Below are positions 1 to 11,919 of a stretch of 64,000 bases of DNA, piece after piece. This stretch comes from Escherichia coli (GTDB lineage: Bacteria > Pseudomonadota > Gammaproteobacteria > Enterobacterales > Enterobacteriaceae), in the NCBI RefSeq assembly GCF_045037415.1, contig NZ_CP173438.1; one strand, given 5' to 3'. Each line of letters opens with the position of its first letter. The stretch's first letter is position 1. Under the pieces are notes generated by a model. The model searched no databases, was not told where the DNA came from, and saw only the letters and a list, made by a program, of their open reading frames with translations. The translations under genes and the position numbers were made by a program.

Positions 1-16
1 AAAACCTAAAATATTC
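1..16 (-). CDS. nagE: PTS N-acetylglucosamine transporter NagE, first 5 codons only (gene runs off the window start)
   Basis: Reverse complement of 1-16 reads ATG AAT ATT TTA GGT = MNILG, the NagE N-terminus; divergent from nagB as in E. coli. Confidence 0.5.
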
Positions 17-140
17 ATCTTATTCCCCCTACGAGAACCCTATTTGGCTCGTTTAAAGCCGTATTTTTATTTTGCTGCAAATTGTACTGCCGATGTTCTG
101 TAATCAGATTGTTAGATCATCTGCTACAGAGTGTGTGAAA

Positions 141-194
141 ATTTAATTCGTATCGCAAATTAAACGCGTGTCTTTTGTGAGTTTTGTCACCAAA
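141..194. promoter_or_regulatory. nagE-nagB divergent control region: NagC-operator-like palindrome (aatttaattcgtatcgcaaattaaa) and CRP-like site (TGTGAgttttgTCACC)
   Basis: Palindromic AT-rich operator-like sequence and TGTGA-N6-TCAC motif read directly; nag regulon is known to be NagC/CRP controlled. Confidence 0.45.
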
Positions 195-350
195 TATCGT
201 TATCATCACTCCCTTTTACTGGCTAAACCAGAAAACTTATTTTATCATTCAAAAAATCAGGTCGGATTGACGCCTGTCTGCGCAAATCCAGGTTACGCTT
301 AAAGATGCCTAATCCGCCAACGGCTTACATTTTACTTATTGAGGTGAATA

Positions 351-2359
<2,009 letters not shown>

Positions 2360-2367
2360 GAGAAAGT

Positions 2368-3588
2368 ATGACACCAGGCGGACAAGCTCAGATAGGTAAT
2401 GTTGATCTCGTAAAACAGCTTAACAGCGCGGCGGTTTATCGCCTGATTGACCAGTACGGGCCAATCTCGCGGATTCAGATTGCCGAGCAAAGTCAGCTTG
2501 CCCCCGCCAGCGTAACCAAAATTACGCGTCAGCTTATCGAACGCGGGCTGATCAAAGAAGTTGATCAGCAGGCCTCCACCGGGGGCCGCCGCGCTATCTC
2601 CATCGTCACCGAAACCCGCAATTTCCACGCAATCGGCGTACGGCTTGGTCGTCACGACGCCACCATCACCTTGTTTGATCTCAGCAGCAAAGTGCTGGCA
2701 GAAGAACATTACCCGCTGCCGGAACGTACCCAGCAGACGCTGGAACATGCCCTGCTGAATGCCATTGCTCAGTTTATTGATAGCTACCAGCGCAAGCTAC
2801 GCGAGCTGATCGCGATTTCGGTGATCCTGCCAGGGCTTGTAGACCCGGACAGCGGCAAAATTCATTACATGCCGCATATTCAGGTAGAAAACTGGGGGCT
2901 GGTTGAAGCACTGGAAGAGCGTTTTAAAGTGACCTGTTTTGTCGGCCACGATATCCGCAGTCTGGCGCTGGCAGAGCACTACTTCGGTGCAAGTCAGGAT
3001 TGCGAAGACTCCATTCTGGTGCGTGTCCATCGCGGAACCGGGGCCGGGATTATCTCTAACGGGCGAATTTTTATCGGGCGCAACGGCAACGTCGGTGAAA
3101 TTGGCCATATTCAGGTCGAACCGCTGGGTGAACGCTGCCACTGCGGCAACTTTGGCTGCCTGGAAACTATCGCCGCCAATGCTGCCATTGAACAACGGGT
3201 GTTGAATCTGTTAAAGCAGGGCTACCAGAGCCGTGTGCCACTGGACGACTGCACCATCAAAACTATCTGCAAAGCCGCGAACAAAGGCGATAGCCTGGCC
3301 TCGGAAGTGATTGAATATGTCGGTCGTCATCTGGGTAAAACCATCGCCATTGCTATCAACTTATTTAATCCGCAAAAAATTGTTATTGCTGGAGAAATCA
3401 CCGAAGCCGATAAAGTGCTGCTCCCTGCTATTGAAAGCTGCATTAATACCCAGGCGCTGAAGGCGTTTCGTACTAATCTACCGGTGGTACGTTCTGAGTT
3501 GGATCACCGCTCGGCAATCGGCGCTTTTGCGCTGGTAAAACGCGCCATGCTCAACGGTATTTTGCTCCAGCATTTGCTGGAAAATTAA
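2368..3588 (+). CDS. nagC: N-acetylglucosamine repressor (ROK family)
   Basis: 406-aa ORF with N-terminal HTH and ROK sugar-kinase-like domain incl. CHCGNFGCLE zinc motif. Confidence 0.97.
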   Translation: MTPGGQAQIGNVDLVKQLNSAAVYRLIDQYGPISRIQIAEQSQLAPASVTKITRQLIERGLIKEVDQQASTGGRRAISIVTETRNFHAIGVRLGRHDATITLFDLSSKVLAEEHYPLPERTQQTLEHALLNAIAQFIDSYQRKLRELIAISVILPGLVDPDSGKIHYMPHIQVENWGLVEALEERFKVTCFVGHDIRSLALAEHYFGASQDCEDSILVRVHRGTGAGIISNGRIFIGRNGNVGEIGHIQVEPLGERCHCGNFGCLETIAANAAIEQRVLNLLKQGYQSRVPLDDCTIKTICKAANKGDSLASEVIEYVGRHLGKTIAIAINLFNPQKIVIAGEITEADKVLLPAIESCINTQALKAFRTNLPVVRSELDHRSAIGAFALVKRAMLNGILLQHLLEN

Positions 3589-3635
3589 TGTGCTTTTATA
3601 GTGGCGCTTATTGTTGTCAATATTCTGGGTAGTCC

Positions 3636-4388
3636 ATGACCATTAAAAATGTAATTTGCGATATCGACGGCGTGCTGATGCACGATAACGTCGCCGTACC
3701 GGGTGCAGCGGAATTTTTGCACGGGATTATGGATAAAGGCCTGCCGCTGGTGTTGCTGACCAACTATCCTTCGCAGACCGGGCAAGATCTGGCGAATCGC
3801 TTTGCCACTGCCGGTGTCGATGTACCGGATAGCGTGTTTTATACCTCCGCAATGGCGACCGCCGATTTTCTGCGTCGCCAGGAAGGCAAGAAAGCGTATG
3901 TGGTGGGCGAAGGCGCACTGATTCATGAACTGTACAAAGCCGGTTTCACTATTACCGATGTGAACCCTGATTTTGTGATTGTTGGCGAAACGCGTTCCTA
4001 CAACTGGGACATGATGCATAAAGCAGCCTATTTCGTCGCTAACGGTGCACGCTTTATCGCCACCAACCCGGACACCCACGGGCGCGGTTTTTATCCCGCC
4101 TGTGGCGCGTTGTGTGCAGGGATCGAGAAAATCTCCGGGCGCAAACCGTTCTATGTTGGAAAGCCGAGTCCGTGGATCATCCGCGCGGCATTAAACAAAA
4201 TGCAGGCGCATTCGGAAGAAACGGTGATTGTCGGCGATAACTTGCGTACCGATATTCTGGCGGGCTTCCAGGCCGGTCTGGAGACGATTCTGGTGCTTTC
4301 TGGTGTTTCGTCGCTCGACGATATCGACAGTATGCCGTTCCGCCCAAGTTGGATTTACCCATCGGTCGCTGAAATCGACGTTATCTGA
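3636..4388 (+). CDS. nagD: HAD-family UMP/ribonucleotide phosphatase NagD/UmpH
   Basis: 250-aa ORF with HAD motif DIDGVL near N-terminus; synteny. Confidence 0.95.
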   Translation: MTIKNVICDIDGVLMHDNVAVPGAAEFLHGIMDKGLPLVLLTNYPSQTGQDLANRFATAGVDVPDSVFYTSAMATADFLRRQEGKKAYVVGEGALIHELYKAGFTITDVNPDFVIVGETRSYNWDMMHKAAYFVANGARFIATNPDTHGRGFYPACGALCAGIEKISGRKPFYVGKPSPWIIRAALNKMQAHSEETVIVGDNLRTDILAGFQAGLETILVLSGVSSLDDIDSMPFRPSWIYPSVAEIDVI

Positions 4389-4393
4389 ATAGC

Positions 4394-4425
4394 AACCACG
4401 CCTCAGGGCGTGGTTTCTTATTTTT
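4394..4425 (+). terminator. rho-independent terminator after nagD
   Basis: Hairpin aaccacgcc-tcag-ggcgtggtt followed by T-rich run. Confidence 0.6.
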
Positions 4426-4643
4426 ACCCATCATTAAAATCACCCCATTCAATAAAACCCGTCAAAAACTATCGATCCATCAATAAATATACCCAAAAGC
4501 CCTCCCCTTTTTCATCAATCAGCAATCGCCATTACGTTTTTTATTTTTCCACTGCCAAATCGCTTGCGCACCGTGCTGCTTTGCGGCATTTTTTTAACAA
4601 GTAAACACAACACGCAGTAAACACCAGGTTAATGGAGAAGGTT

Positions 4644-6308
4644 ATGTGTTCAATTTTTGGCGTATTCGATATCAAAACAGACGCAGTTGAGCTGCGTAAG
4701 AAAGCACTCGAGCTGTCACGCCTGATGCGTCATCGTGGCCCGGACTGGTCCGGTATTTATGCCAGCGATAACGCCATTCTCGCCCACGAACGTCTGTCAA
4801 TTGTTGACGTTAACGCGGGGGCGCAACCTCTCTACAACCAACAAAAAACTCATGTGCTGGCAGTAAACGGTGAAATCTACAACCACCAGGCATTGCGCGC
4901 TGAATATGGCGATCGTTACCAGTTCCAGACCGGGTCTGACTGTGAAGTGATCCTCGCGCTGTATCAGGAAAAAGGGCCGGAATTTCTCGACGACTTGCAG
5001 GGCATGTTTGCCTTTGCCCTGTACGACAGCGAAAAAGATGCATATCTGATTGGTCGCGACCATCTGGGGATCATCCCACTGTATATGGGCTATGACGAAC
5101 ACGGTCAGCTGTATGTGGCCTCAGAAATGAAAGCCCTCGTGCCAGTTTGCCGCACGATTAAAGAGTTTCCGGCGGGGAGCTATTTGTGGAGTCAGGACGG
5201 CGAAATCCGTTCTTATTATCATCGCGACTGGTTCGACTACGATGCGGTGAAAGATAACGTGACCGACAAAAACGAGCTGCGTCAGGCACTGGAAGATTCC
5301 GTTAAAAGCCATCTGATGTCTGATGTGCCTTACGGTGTGCTGCTTTCTGGTGGTCTGGATTCCTCAATTATTTCCGCTATCACCAAGAAATACGCCGCCC
5401 GTCGCGTGGAAGATCAGGAACGCTCTGAAGCCTGGTGGCCGCAGTTGCACTCCTTTGCTGTAGGTCTGCCGGGTTCACCGGATCTGAAAGCAGCCCAGGA
5501 AGTGGCAAACCATCTGGGCACGGTGCATCACGAAATTCACTTCACTGTACAGGAAGGTCTGGATGCCATCCGCGACGTGATTTACCACATCGAAACTTAT
5601 GATGTGACCACTATTCGCGCTTCAACACCGATGTATTTAATGTCGCGTAAGATCAAGGCGATGGGCATTAAAATGGTGCTGTCCGGTGAAGGTTCTGACG
5701 AAGTGTTTGGCGGTTATCTCTACTTCCACAAAGCGCCGAACGCTAAAGAGTTGCATGAAGAGACGGTGCGTAAACTGCTGGCCCTGCATATGTATGACTG
5801 CGCGCGTGCCAACAAAGCGATGTCAGCCTGGGGCGTGGAAGCACGCGTTCCGTTCCTCGACAAAAAATTCCTTGATGTGGCGATGCGCATTAACCCACAG
5901 GATAAAATGTGCGGTAACGGCAAAATGGAAAAACACATCCTGCGTGAATGTTTTGAAGCGTATCTGCCTGCAAGCGTGGCCTGGCGGCAAAAAGAGCAGT
6001 TCTCCGATGGCGTCGGTTACAGTTGGATCGACACCCTGAAAGAAGTGGCAGCGCAGCAGGTTTCTGATCAACAGCTGGAAACTGCCCGCTTCCGCTTCCC
6101 GTACAACACGCCGACCTCAAAAGAAGCGTATCTGTACCGGGAGATCTTTGAAGAATTGTTCCCGCTTCCGAGCGCCGCTGAGTGCGTGCCGGGCGGTCCT
6201 TCCGTCGCTTGTTCTTCCGCTAAAGCGATTGAGTGGGATGAAGCGTTCAAGAAAATGGACGATCCGTCTGGTCGCGCGGTTGGCGTTCACCAGTCGGCAT
6301 ATAAATAA
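4644..6308 (+). CDS. asnB: asparagine synthetase B (glutamine-hydrolysing)
   Basis: ORF track starts at 4632 (MEKVM...) but the real start is the ATG giving Met-Cys (MCSIFGVFDIK), the N-terminal Cys nucleophile of class II amidotransferases; 554 aa. Confidence 0.96.
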   Translation: MCSIFGVFDIKTDAVELRKKALELSRLMRHRGPDWSGIYASDNAILAHERLSIVDVNAGAQPLYNQQKTHVLAVNGEIYNHQALRAEYGDRYQFQTGSDCEVILALYQEKGPEFLDDLQGMFAFALYDSEKDAYLIGRDHLGIIPLYMGYDEHGQLYVASEMKALVPVCRTIKEFPAGSYLWSQDGEIRSYYHRDWFDYDAVKDNVTDKNELRQALEDSVKSHLMSDVPYGVLLSGGLDSSIISAITKKYAARRVEDQERSEAWWPQLHSFAVGLPGSPDLKAAQEVANHLGTVHHEIHFTVQEGLDAIRDVIYHIETYDVTTIRASTPMYLMSRKIKAMGIKMVLSGEGSDEVFGGYLYFHKAPNAKELHEETVRKLLALHMYDCARANKAMSAWGVEARVPFLDKKFLDVAMRINPQDKMCGNGKMEKHILRECFEAYLPASVAWRQKEQFSDGVGYSWIDTLKEVAAQQVSDQQLETARFRFPYNTPTSKEAYLYREIFEELFPLPSAAECVPGGPSVACSSAKAIEWDEAFKKMDDPSGRAVGVHQSAYK

Positions 6309-6318
6309 GACGTGTAAT

Positions 6319-6346
6319 ATTGCCCCGGAGAAATCCGGGGCAATTT
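6319..6346. terminator. bidirectional hairpin between convergent asnB and the 145-aa ORF
   Basis: Perfect stem attgccccgg / ccggggcaat with AGAAAT loop, flanked by A/T on both sides. Confidence 0.55.
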
Positions 6347-6349
6347 CAG

Positions 6350-6787
6350 TTACTGGGGCGCTTGTTGATTCTGATATGCAGTAAGGAAATGTTCCGGGTT
6401 TGCCACATCGCTATTTGACAACTCATCACTGTAGGCCACCAACCAGGTCGCCTGCTCATCCGGAATATGCAGTCTGCCATTTCCCTCTTTCAGGCGTAAT
6501 AACTCAAAAGATTTGCCCTTAATTACGGCGGTATAGGATTTCTCACCTTCCTGTAATGCTTTCACTTTACAGCGAAATATCTGACCATCGATGTCATTAT
6601 CAACATGCGATACCTGAATGAGGGCTTCATTAGAAGCTTTCGGGCCTATCCGCATCATCCACACCACAGCGCCTTCCTGCCCACGATAGCCAAAAACATA
6701 TTTACCGATTTCCGGTTTAACCGTATCGGCGAACGCAGATTGCATAAGTAATAACGCACCCATCAACGCCGTCATAAAACGCAGCAT
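6350..6787 (-). CDS. hypothetical exported protein, 145 aa, predicted signal peptide (MLRFMTALMGALLLMQSAFA|DT)
   Basis: Clean ORF, hydrophobic N-terminal signal with AFA cleavage motif, no TM segment afterwards; no family recognised. Lies between asnB and the metT promoter. Confidence 0.6.
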   Translation of the reverse strand: MLRFMTALMGALLLMQSAFADTVKPEIGKYVFGYRGQEGAVVWMMRIGPKASNEALIQVSHVDNDIDGQIFRCKVKALQEGEKSYTAVIKGKSFELLRLKEGNGRLHIPDEQATWLVAYSDELSNSDVANPEHFLTAYQNQQAPQ

Positions 6788-7050
6788 AGTATTCCCTCAA
6801 TAAATCGCCTGAAGTGGTAGCAGAGATGCAGGCGTAGCGATCCCTGCCCTGTCCTGTTGCAACGGGCCAGTATTTCATAGATTAATTTCCCACCACTATT
6901 GTTGAATTCCGAATTTCATCCTGTATGACAAAAGAATGGCTGTAGGGTGGGGAAAAAACACAAAGTAAACAATAATTGACGAATATAGCGCCATGCTGTT
7001 CGCAACCTAACCAAACAGTCACTTTCGAGCAATTTTCCTTGAAAAAGAGG

Positions 7051-7079
7051 TTGACGCTGCAAGGCTCTATACGCATAAT
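7051..7079 (+). promoter_or_regulatory. sigma70 promoter of the metT tRNA operon (-35 TTGACG, 17-bp spacer, -10 CATAAT, GC-rich discriminator)
   Basis: Motifs read directly; GC-rich discriminator gcgccccgc typical of stringently controlled stable-RNA promoters; ~40 bp upstream of the first tRNA. Confidence 0.6.
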
Positions 7080-7120
7080 GCGCCCCGCAACGCCGATAAG
7101 GTATCGCGAAAAAAAAAGAT

Positions 7121-7197
7121 GGCTACGTAGCTCAGTTGGTTAGAGCACATCACTCATAATGATGGGGTCACAGGTTCGAATCCCGTCGTAGCCACCA
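7121..7197 (+). tRNA. metT: tRNA-Met (CAU), elongator
   Basis: ggctacgtagctcagttggttagagcacatcactCATaatgatggggtcacaggttcgaatcccgtcgtagccacca; cloverleaf with CAU anticodon, encoded CCA. Confidence 0.95.
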
Positions 7198-7207
7198 TCT
7201 TTTTTTT

Positions 7208-7292
7208 GCGGGAGTGGCGAAATTGGTAGACGCACCAGATTTAGGTTCTGGCGCCGCAAGGTGTGCGAGTTCAAGTCTCGCCTCCCGCACCA
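7208..7292 (+). tRNA. leuW: tRNA-Leu (UAG), long variable arm
   Basis: gcgggagtggcgaaattggtagacgcaccagattTAGgttctggcgccgcaaggtgtgcgagttcaagtctcgcctcccgcacca. Confidence 0.95.
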
Positions 7293-7315
7293 TTCACCAG
7301 AAAGCGTTGTACGGA

Positions 7316-7390
7316 TGGGGTATCGCCAAGCGGTAAGGCACCGGTTTTTGATACCGGCATTCCCTGGTTCGAATCCAGGTACCCCAGCCA
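7316..7390 (+). tRNA. glnU: tRNA-Gln (UUG)
   Basis: tggggtatcgccaagcggtaaggcaccggtttTTGataccggcattccctggttcgaatccaggtaccccagcca. Confidence 0.95.
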
Positions 7391-7424
7391 TATTCTTCGA
7401 GTAAGCGGTTCACCGCCCGGTTAT

Positions 7425-7499
7425 TGGGGTATCGCCAAGCGGTAAGGCACCGGTTTTTGATACCGGCATTCCCTGGTTCGAATCCAGGTACCCCAGCCA
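7425..7499 (+). tRNA. glnW: tRNA-Gln (UUG), identical duplicate
   Basis: Identical 75-nt sequence to the preceding tRNA-Gln(UUG). Confidence 0.95.
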
Positions 7500-7514
7500 T
7501 CGAAGAAACAATCT

Positions 7515-7591
7515 GGCTACGTAGCTCAGTTGGTTAGAGCACATCACTCATAATGATGGGGTCACAGGTTCGAATCCCGTCGTAGCCACCA
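7515..7591 (+). tRNA. metU: tRNA-Met (CAU), elongator, duplicate
   Basis: Identical to the first tRNA-Met. Confidence 0.95.
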
Positions 7592-7639
7592 AATTCTGAA
7601 TGTGTCGAATATGTTCGGCAAATTCAAAAACCAATTTGT

Positions 7640-7714
7640 TGGGGTATCGCCAAGCGGTAAGGCACCGGATTCTGATTCCGGCATTCCGAGGTTCGAATCC
7701 TCGTACCCCAGCCA
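7640..7714 (+). tRNA. glnV: tRNA-Gln (CUG)
   Basis: tggggtatcgccaagcggtaaggcaccggattCTGattccggcattccgaggttcgaatcctcgtaccccagcca. Confidence 0.95.
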
Positions 7715-7751
7715 ATTTATTCAAGACGCTTACCTTGTAAGTGCACCCAGT

Positions 7752-7826
7752 TGGGGTATCGCCAAGCGGTAAGGCACCGGATTCTGATTCCGGCATTCCG
7801 AGGTTCGAATCCTCGTACCCCAGCCA
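7752..7826 (+). tRNA. glnX: tRNA-Gln (CUG), duplicate
   Basis: Identical to preceding tRNA-Gln(CUG). Confidence 0.95.
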
Positions 7827-7830
7827 CATT

Positions 7831-7860
7831 AAAAAAGCTCGCTTCGGCGAGCTTTTTGCT
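7831..7860 (+). terminator. rho-independent terminator of the tRNA operon
   Basis: aagctcgc-ttcg-gcgagctt hairpin followed by TTTTT. Confidence 0.75.
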
Positions 7861-7914
7861 TTTCTGCGTATATTCAATGCCGAATACGATGTTGACTCGT
7901 CTTATCCTTACAAA

Positions 7915-7950
7915 GTCGGATGCGACGCTGCCGCGTCTTATCCGACCTAC
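7915..7950. repeat. REP-like palindromic element
   Basis: gtcggatgcgacgctgccgcgtcttatccgacctac resembles the enterobacterial REP/PU consensus. Confidence 0.5.
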
Positions 7951-7980
7951 GGTTGGCATGCATCCAGCAATGTTGTGAGG

Positions 7981-9156
7981 CTACAACCCTAACGCATATT
8001 TCAGCGCCTTACGTTTCAACACGCCAGCACGCTCCGCCGCCATCAAACCAAGATTACGCACAAAACGCAGCGGTGGCAGATTATTGCTGAATCCGGCATA
8101 AAACAGATCCATACCACTTTGCATCATGAAGTTATCCGCCATACGCCGCATCTGGTAACGCTTGAGCACAGGATAACTGGCCCACGCTTCGCCGTAGCTG
8201 CGGGCGTTCACCAGAACGTCAATCAGGGCATCGACATCACGATAACCAAGATTCACTCCCTGCCCCGCCAGCGGATGGATGGTATGCGCGGCATCGCCCA
8301 CCAGAGCAAGCCCTGGTTGCACATACTGCAACGCATGGCGACGTATAAGCGGAAACGCACCAGCGGCAAGCGGTGTCACGTAACCCAGACGCGACGGGAA
8401 ATGCTTCGCGATTTCCGCCTGTAGCTGCGCCATATTCATATTCTGCAACTGGCGAATGCGCGCCGGAGAGTCATACCACACCAGCGATGCCCAGTTATCA
8501 AACAACGGCAGAAACGCACGCGGTCCGTCCGGGGTAAATTGCTGCCAGGTGCTGTCGCCGGGATCGTTCTCACACTGTACGCTAATCAACATACACGACT
8601 GCGCATACTGCCAGGCATGAACGCCAATTCCCGCCATCTGTCGCACCTGCGAATTTGCGCCGTCGGCACCAATCACCAGCTTCGCGAGGATCGTTTCACC
8701 GCCCTTCAGTTCCAGCTCCTGAAGATCATTATGGCGATGCAGTGCAGTCAGCGAGGTTGGCACACGTAACGTTACTTTCGGATGCGCTTCCAGCGCCTGC
8801 CACAAAGCCTGTTGCAGGACAGTGTTTTCCACCATGTAGCCAAGCAACGGTAGCTTAAGTTCAGCGGCGTCAAACACGACATGCGCCGTTTCCCACTCCC
8901 ACGTTTCCAGTCTGCGGTAAGGATGGCAACGCATAGCCTGTACTGCATCCCAGACCCCTAACCCTTTAAGCAATGATACCGAAGCCGCGCTGATCGCCGA
9001 GATCCGCACATCCGGTTGGCTGTCAGCGACAAACGGCGCAGGTTCTGCGTGCTCGATCACCGTTACCGTAAACCCGTGCTGTGCCAGCCCCAGCGCCAGT
9101 GCGCCGCCGACCATTCCTCCGCCGACAATGGCAATTTCCGTTGGTTGATTTGTCAT
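7981..9156 (-). CDS. ubiF: 2-octaprenyl-3-methyl-6-methoxy-1,4-benzoquinol hydroxylase (FAD monooxygenase)
   Basis: ORF 7981-9162; N-terminal FAD-binding GGGMVGG motif; start taken at the second Met (MTNQPTEIAIVGGG), 391 aa. Confidence 0.93.
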   Translation of the reverse strand: MTNQPTEIAIVGGGMVGGALALGLAQHGFTVTVIEHAEPAPFVADSQPDVRISAISAASVSLLKGLGVWDAVQAMRCHPYRRLETWEWETAHVVFDAAELKLPLLGYMVENTVLQQALWQALEAHPKVTLRVPTSLTALHRHNDLQELELKGGETILAKLVIGADGANSQVRQMAGIGVHAWQYAQSCMLISVQCENDPGDSTWQQFTPDGPRAFLPLFDNWASLVWYDSPARIRQLQNMNMAQLQAEIAKHFPSRLGYVTPLAAGAFPLIRRHALQYVQPGLALVGDAAHTIHPLAGQGVNLGYRDVDALIDVLVNARSYGEAWASYPVLKRYQMRRMADNFMMQSGMDLFYAGFSNNLPPLRFVRNLGLMAAERAGVLKRKALKYALGL

Positions 9157-9301
9157 GGTCAATCATCCTGTTAGCAATATGCTTTAAGTTTACAGGATTT
9201 TTACCCCCAAGGGCTGATAACGCTCATACTGGTCACAACGGCAGCAAAGCATTACACTATGCGCCCTGCATTCCTGGCTACTATTTCGCAAGAGCAAGTC
9301 G

Positions 9302-10726
9302 ATGACCAAAAAACTCCATATTAAAACCTGGGGCTGTCAGATGAACGAGTACGATTCATCGAAGATGGCCGATCTGCTGGATGCCACCCACGGCTATCAA
9401 CTGACCGACGTGGCGGAAGAAGCGGATGTGCTGCTGCTGAACACCTGCTCAATCCGCGAGAAGGCTCAGGAAAAAGTCTTCCATCAGTTGGGTCGCTGGA
9501 AACTGTTAAAAGAGAAGAATCCAGACCTGATTATCGGCGTCGGCGGCTGCGTGGCATCGCAAGAAGGCGAGCACATTCGCCAGCGCGCCCACTATGTCGA
9601 TATTATTTTTGGGCCGCAAACGCTGCATCGTCTACCGGAGATGATCAACTCCGTGCGCGGCGACCGCAGCCCGGTTGTAGATATCAGCTTCCCGGAAATC
9701 GAGAAGTTTGACCGTCTGCCGGAACCGCGCGCCGAAGGGCCGACCGCGTTTGTCTCCATCATGGAAGGCTGCAATAAATATTGCACCTACTGCGTGGTGC
9801 CTTACACCCGTGGTGAAGAGGTAAGCCGTCCGTCCGACGATATTCTGTTTGAGATCGCCCAGCTTGCGGCTCAGGGCGTGCGTGAAGTCAACCTGCTCGG
9901 TCAGAATGTGAATGCCTGGCGTGGTGAGAACTACGACGGCACCACCGGAACGTTTGCCGATCTGCTGCGTCTGGTTGCGGCGATTGACGGGATCGATCGT
10001 ATTCGCTTTACCACCAGCCATCCGATCGAATTCACCGACGATATCATCGAAGTGTATCGCGACACGCCGGAGCTGGTGAGCTTCCTGCACTTGCCGGTAC
10101 AGAGCGGTTCCGATCGCATTCTGAACCTGATGGGCCGTACTCACACGGCGCTGGAGTACAAAGCGATCATCCGTAAACTGCGTGCGGCGCGTCCGGATAT
10201 TCAGATCAGTTCTGACTTCATCGTTGGCTTCCCTGGCGAAACCACCGACGACTTCGAGAAAACGATGAAGCTGATTGCCGACGTCAATTTCGACATGAGC
10301 TACAGCTTTATCTTCTCCGCTCGTCCAGGAACGCCTGCCGCCGATATGGTTGATGATGTTCCGGAAGAAGAGAAGAAGCAGCGTCTGTATATTCTGCAAG
10401 AGCGCATTAATCAGCAAGCGATGGCATGGAGCCGCCGTATGCTCGGCACCACCCAGCGTATTCTGGTAGAAGGTACATCGCGTAAGAGCATCATGGAGCT
10501 TTCCGGTCGTACTGAAAATAACCGCGTGGTTAACTTCGAAGGCACGCCGGATATGATCGGTAAATTCGTCGATGTAGAAATTACCGACGTCTATCCAAAC
10601 TCCCTGCGCGGAAAAGTGGTGCGTACTGAAGATGAAATGGGTCTGCGCGTCGCAGAAACACCGGAATCGGTGATTGCCCGTACCCGCAAAGAAAACGACC
10701 TTGGCGTGGGTTATTATCAGCCGTAA
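9302..10726 (+). CDS. miaB: tRNA i6A37 methylthiotransferase (radical SAM)
   Basis: 474-aa ORF with CxxxCxxC radical-SAM motif (CNKYCTYC) and N-terminal MTTase cysteines. Confidence 0.96.
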   Translation: MTKKLHIKTWGCQMNEYDSSKMADLLDATHGYQLTDVAEEADVLLLNTCSIREKAQEKVFHQLGRWKLLKEKNPDLIIGVGGCVASQEGEHIRQRAHYVDIIFGPQTLHRLPEMINSVRGDRSPVVDISFPEIEKFDRLPEPRAEGPTAFVSIMEGCNKYCTYCVVPYTRGEEVSRPSDDILFEIAQLAAQGVREVNLLGQNVNAWRGENYDGTTGTFADLLRLVAAIDGIDRIRFTTSHPIEFTDDIIEVYRDTPELVSFLHLPVQSGSDRILNLMGRTHTALEYKAIIRKLRAARPDIQISSDFIVGFPGETTDDFEKTMKLIADVNFDMSYSFIFSARPGTPAADMVDDVPEEEKKQRLYILQERINQQAMAWSRRMLGTTQRILVEGTSRKSIMELSGRTENNRVVNFEGTPDMIGKFVDVEITDVYPNSLRGKVVRTEDEMGLRVAETPESVIARTRKENDLGVGYYQP

Positions 10727-10731
10727 TTCTC

Positions 10732-10767
10732 AGGCCCGCCGTTCCGGTGGGCCTTGTTTTTTCTCTC
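10732..10767 (+). terminator. hairpin plus T-run after miaB (attenuator/terminator)
   Basis: aggcccgcc-gttc-cggtgggcct followed by tgttttttctc. Confidence 0.45.
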
Positions 10768-10878
10768 TTTATCCCCATCTTTATCGCAATGCTTGCGCCT
10801 TTTTCCTGTGGCGTGAATAATTTCCTTATAGGCCGGTGAATGTTCAGCTTCCGGCGGCATACAGATAAGAGGAACGGT

Positions 10879-11919
10879 TTGAACATAGACACTCGCGAAA
10901 TCACCCTGGAGCCAGCAGACAATGCGCGTCTGTTGAGCCTGTGCGGCCCGTTTGATGACAACATCAAACAACTCGAACGCCGTCTCGGCATCGAAATCAA
11001 TCGCCGTGATAACCACTTTAAACTGACCGGCCGTCCGATTTGCGTCACCGCTGCGGCAGACATTCTGCGTAGCCTGTATGTCGATACTGCCCCGATGCGC
11101 GGTCAGATTCAGGATATCGAACCGGAACAGATCCACCTTGCGATTAAAGAAGCGCGGGTACTGGAGCAAAGCGCGGAGAGCGTGCCGGAGTACGGCAAAG
11201 CAGTCAATATCAAAACCAAACGCGGCGTAATTAAGCCGCGCACGCCAAACCAGGCGCAGTACATCGCCAATATTCTCGACCATGACATTACCTTCGGCGT
11301 TGGCCCGGCGGGTACGGGTAAAACCTACCTGGCAGTGGCTGCGGCAGTTGATGCCCTGGAGCGTCAGGAAATTCGCCGTATTCTGCTGACTCGTCCGGCG
11401 GTCGAAGCCGGTGAGAAACTGGGCTTCCTGCCTGGCGATTTAAGCCAGAAAGTAGACCCGTATCTGCGCCCGCTGTACGACGCGCTGTTTGAAATGCTGG
11501 GCTTTGAGAAAGTCGAGAAACTGATTGAGCGCAACGTTATTGAAGTCGCACCGCTGGCCTATATGCGTGGTCGTACGCTGAACGACGCGTTTATCATTCT
11601 TGATGAGAGCCAGAACACCACCATCGAACAGATGAAGATGTTCCTGACCCGTATCGGTTTTAACTCAAAAGCGGTTATCACCGGCGACGTCACACAGATC
11701 GACCTGCCGCGTAATACCAAGTCTGGTTTGCGTCATGCCATCGAAGTGCTGGCTGATGTCGAAGAGATCAGCTTTAACTTCTTCCACAGCGAAGACGTGG
11801 TTCGTCACCCGGTGGTGGCGCGTATCGTTAACGCTTATGAAGCCTGGGAAGAAGCCGAACAAAAACGTAAAGCGGCGCTGGCGGCAGAACGCAAGCGCGA
11901 AGAACAGGAACAAAAATGA
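10879..11919 (+). CDS. ybeZ: PhoH-like ATPase YbeZ
   Basis: ORF track 10840-11919; Walker A GPAGTGKT; likely TTG start at 10879 giving the 346-aa form ([12 protein letters not shown]...). Confidence 0.9.
   Translation: MNIDTREITLEPADNARLLSLCGPFDDNIKQLERRLGIEINRRDNHFKLTGRPICVTAAADILRSLYVDTAPMRGQIQDIEPEQIHLAIKEARVLEQSAESVPEYGKAVNIKTKRGVIKPRTPNQAQYIANILDHDITFGVGPAGTGKTYLAVAAAVDALERQEIRRILLTRPAVEAGEKLGFLPGDLSQKVDPYLRPLYDALFEMLGFEKVEKLIERNVIEVAPLAYMRGRTLNDAFIILDESQNTTIEQMKMFLTRIGFNSKAVITGDVTQIDLPRNTKSGLRHAIEVLADVEEISFNFFHSEDVVRHPVVARIVNAYEAWEEAEQKRKAALAAERKREEQEQK

Noticed and set aside
4410-4604. 64-aa ORF in the nagD-asnB intergenic region
   Set aside because: Low-complexity, no RBS, lies in the asnB promoter and leader; likely non-coding.
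7300-7830. Regular repeats that could be mistaken for a CRISPR-like array
   Set aside because: The repeated units are complete 75-77-nt tRNA genes with cloverleaf structure and CCA ends, with unequal spacers; no cas genes in the window.
7121-7980. Genomic island or prophage integrated at the tRNA cluster
   Set aside because: No integrase, no duplicated tRNA 3' end, and ubiF follows at the spacing I recall for K-12; REP elements and a terminator fully account for the spacer.
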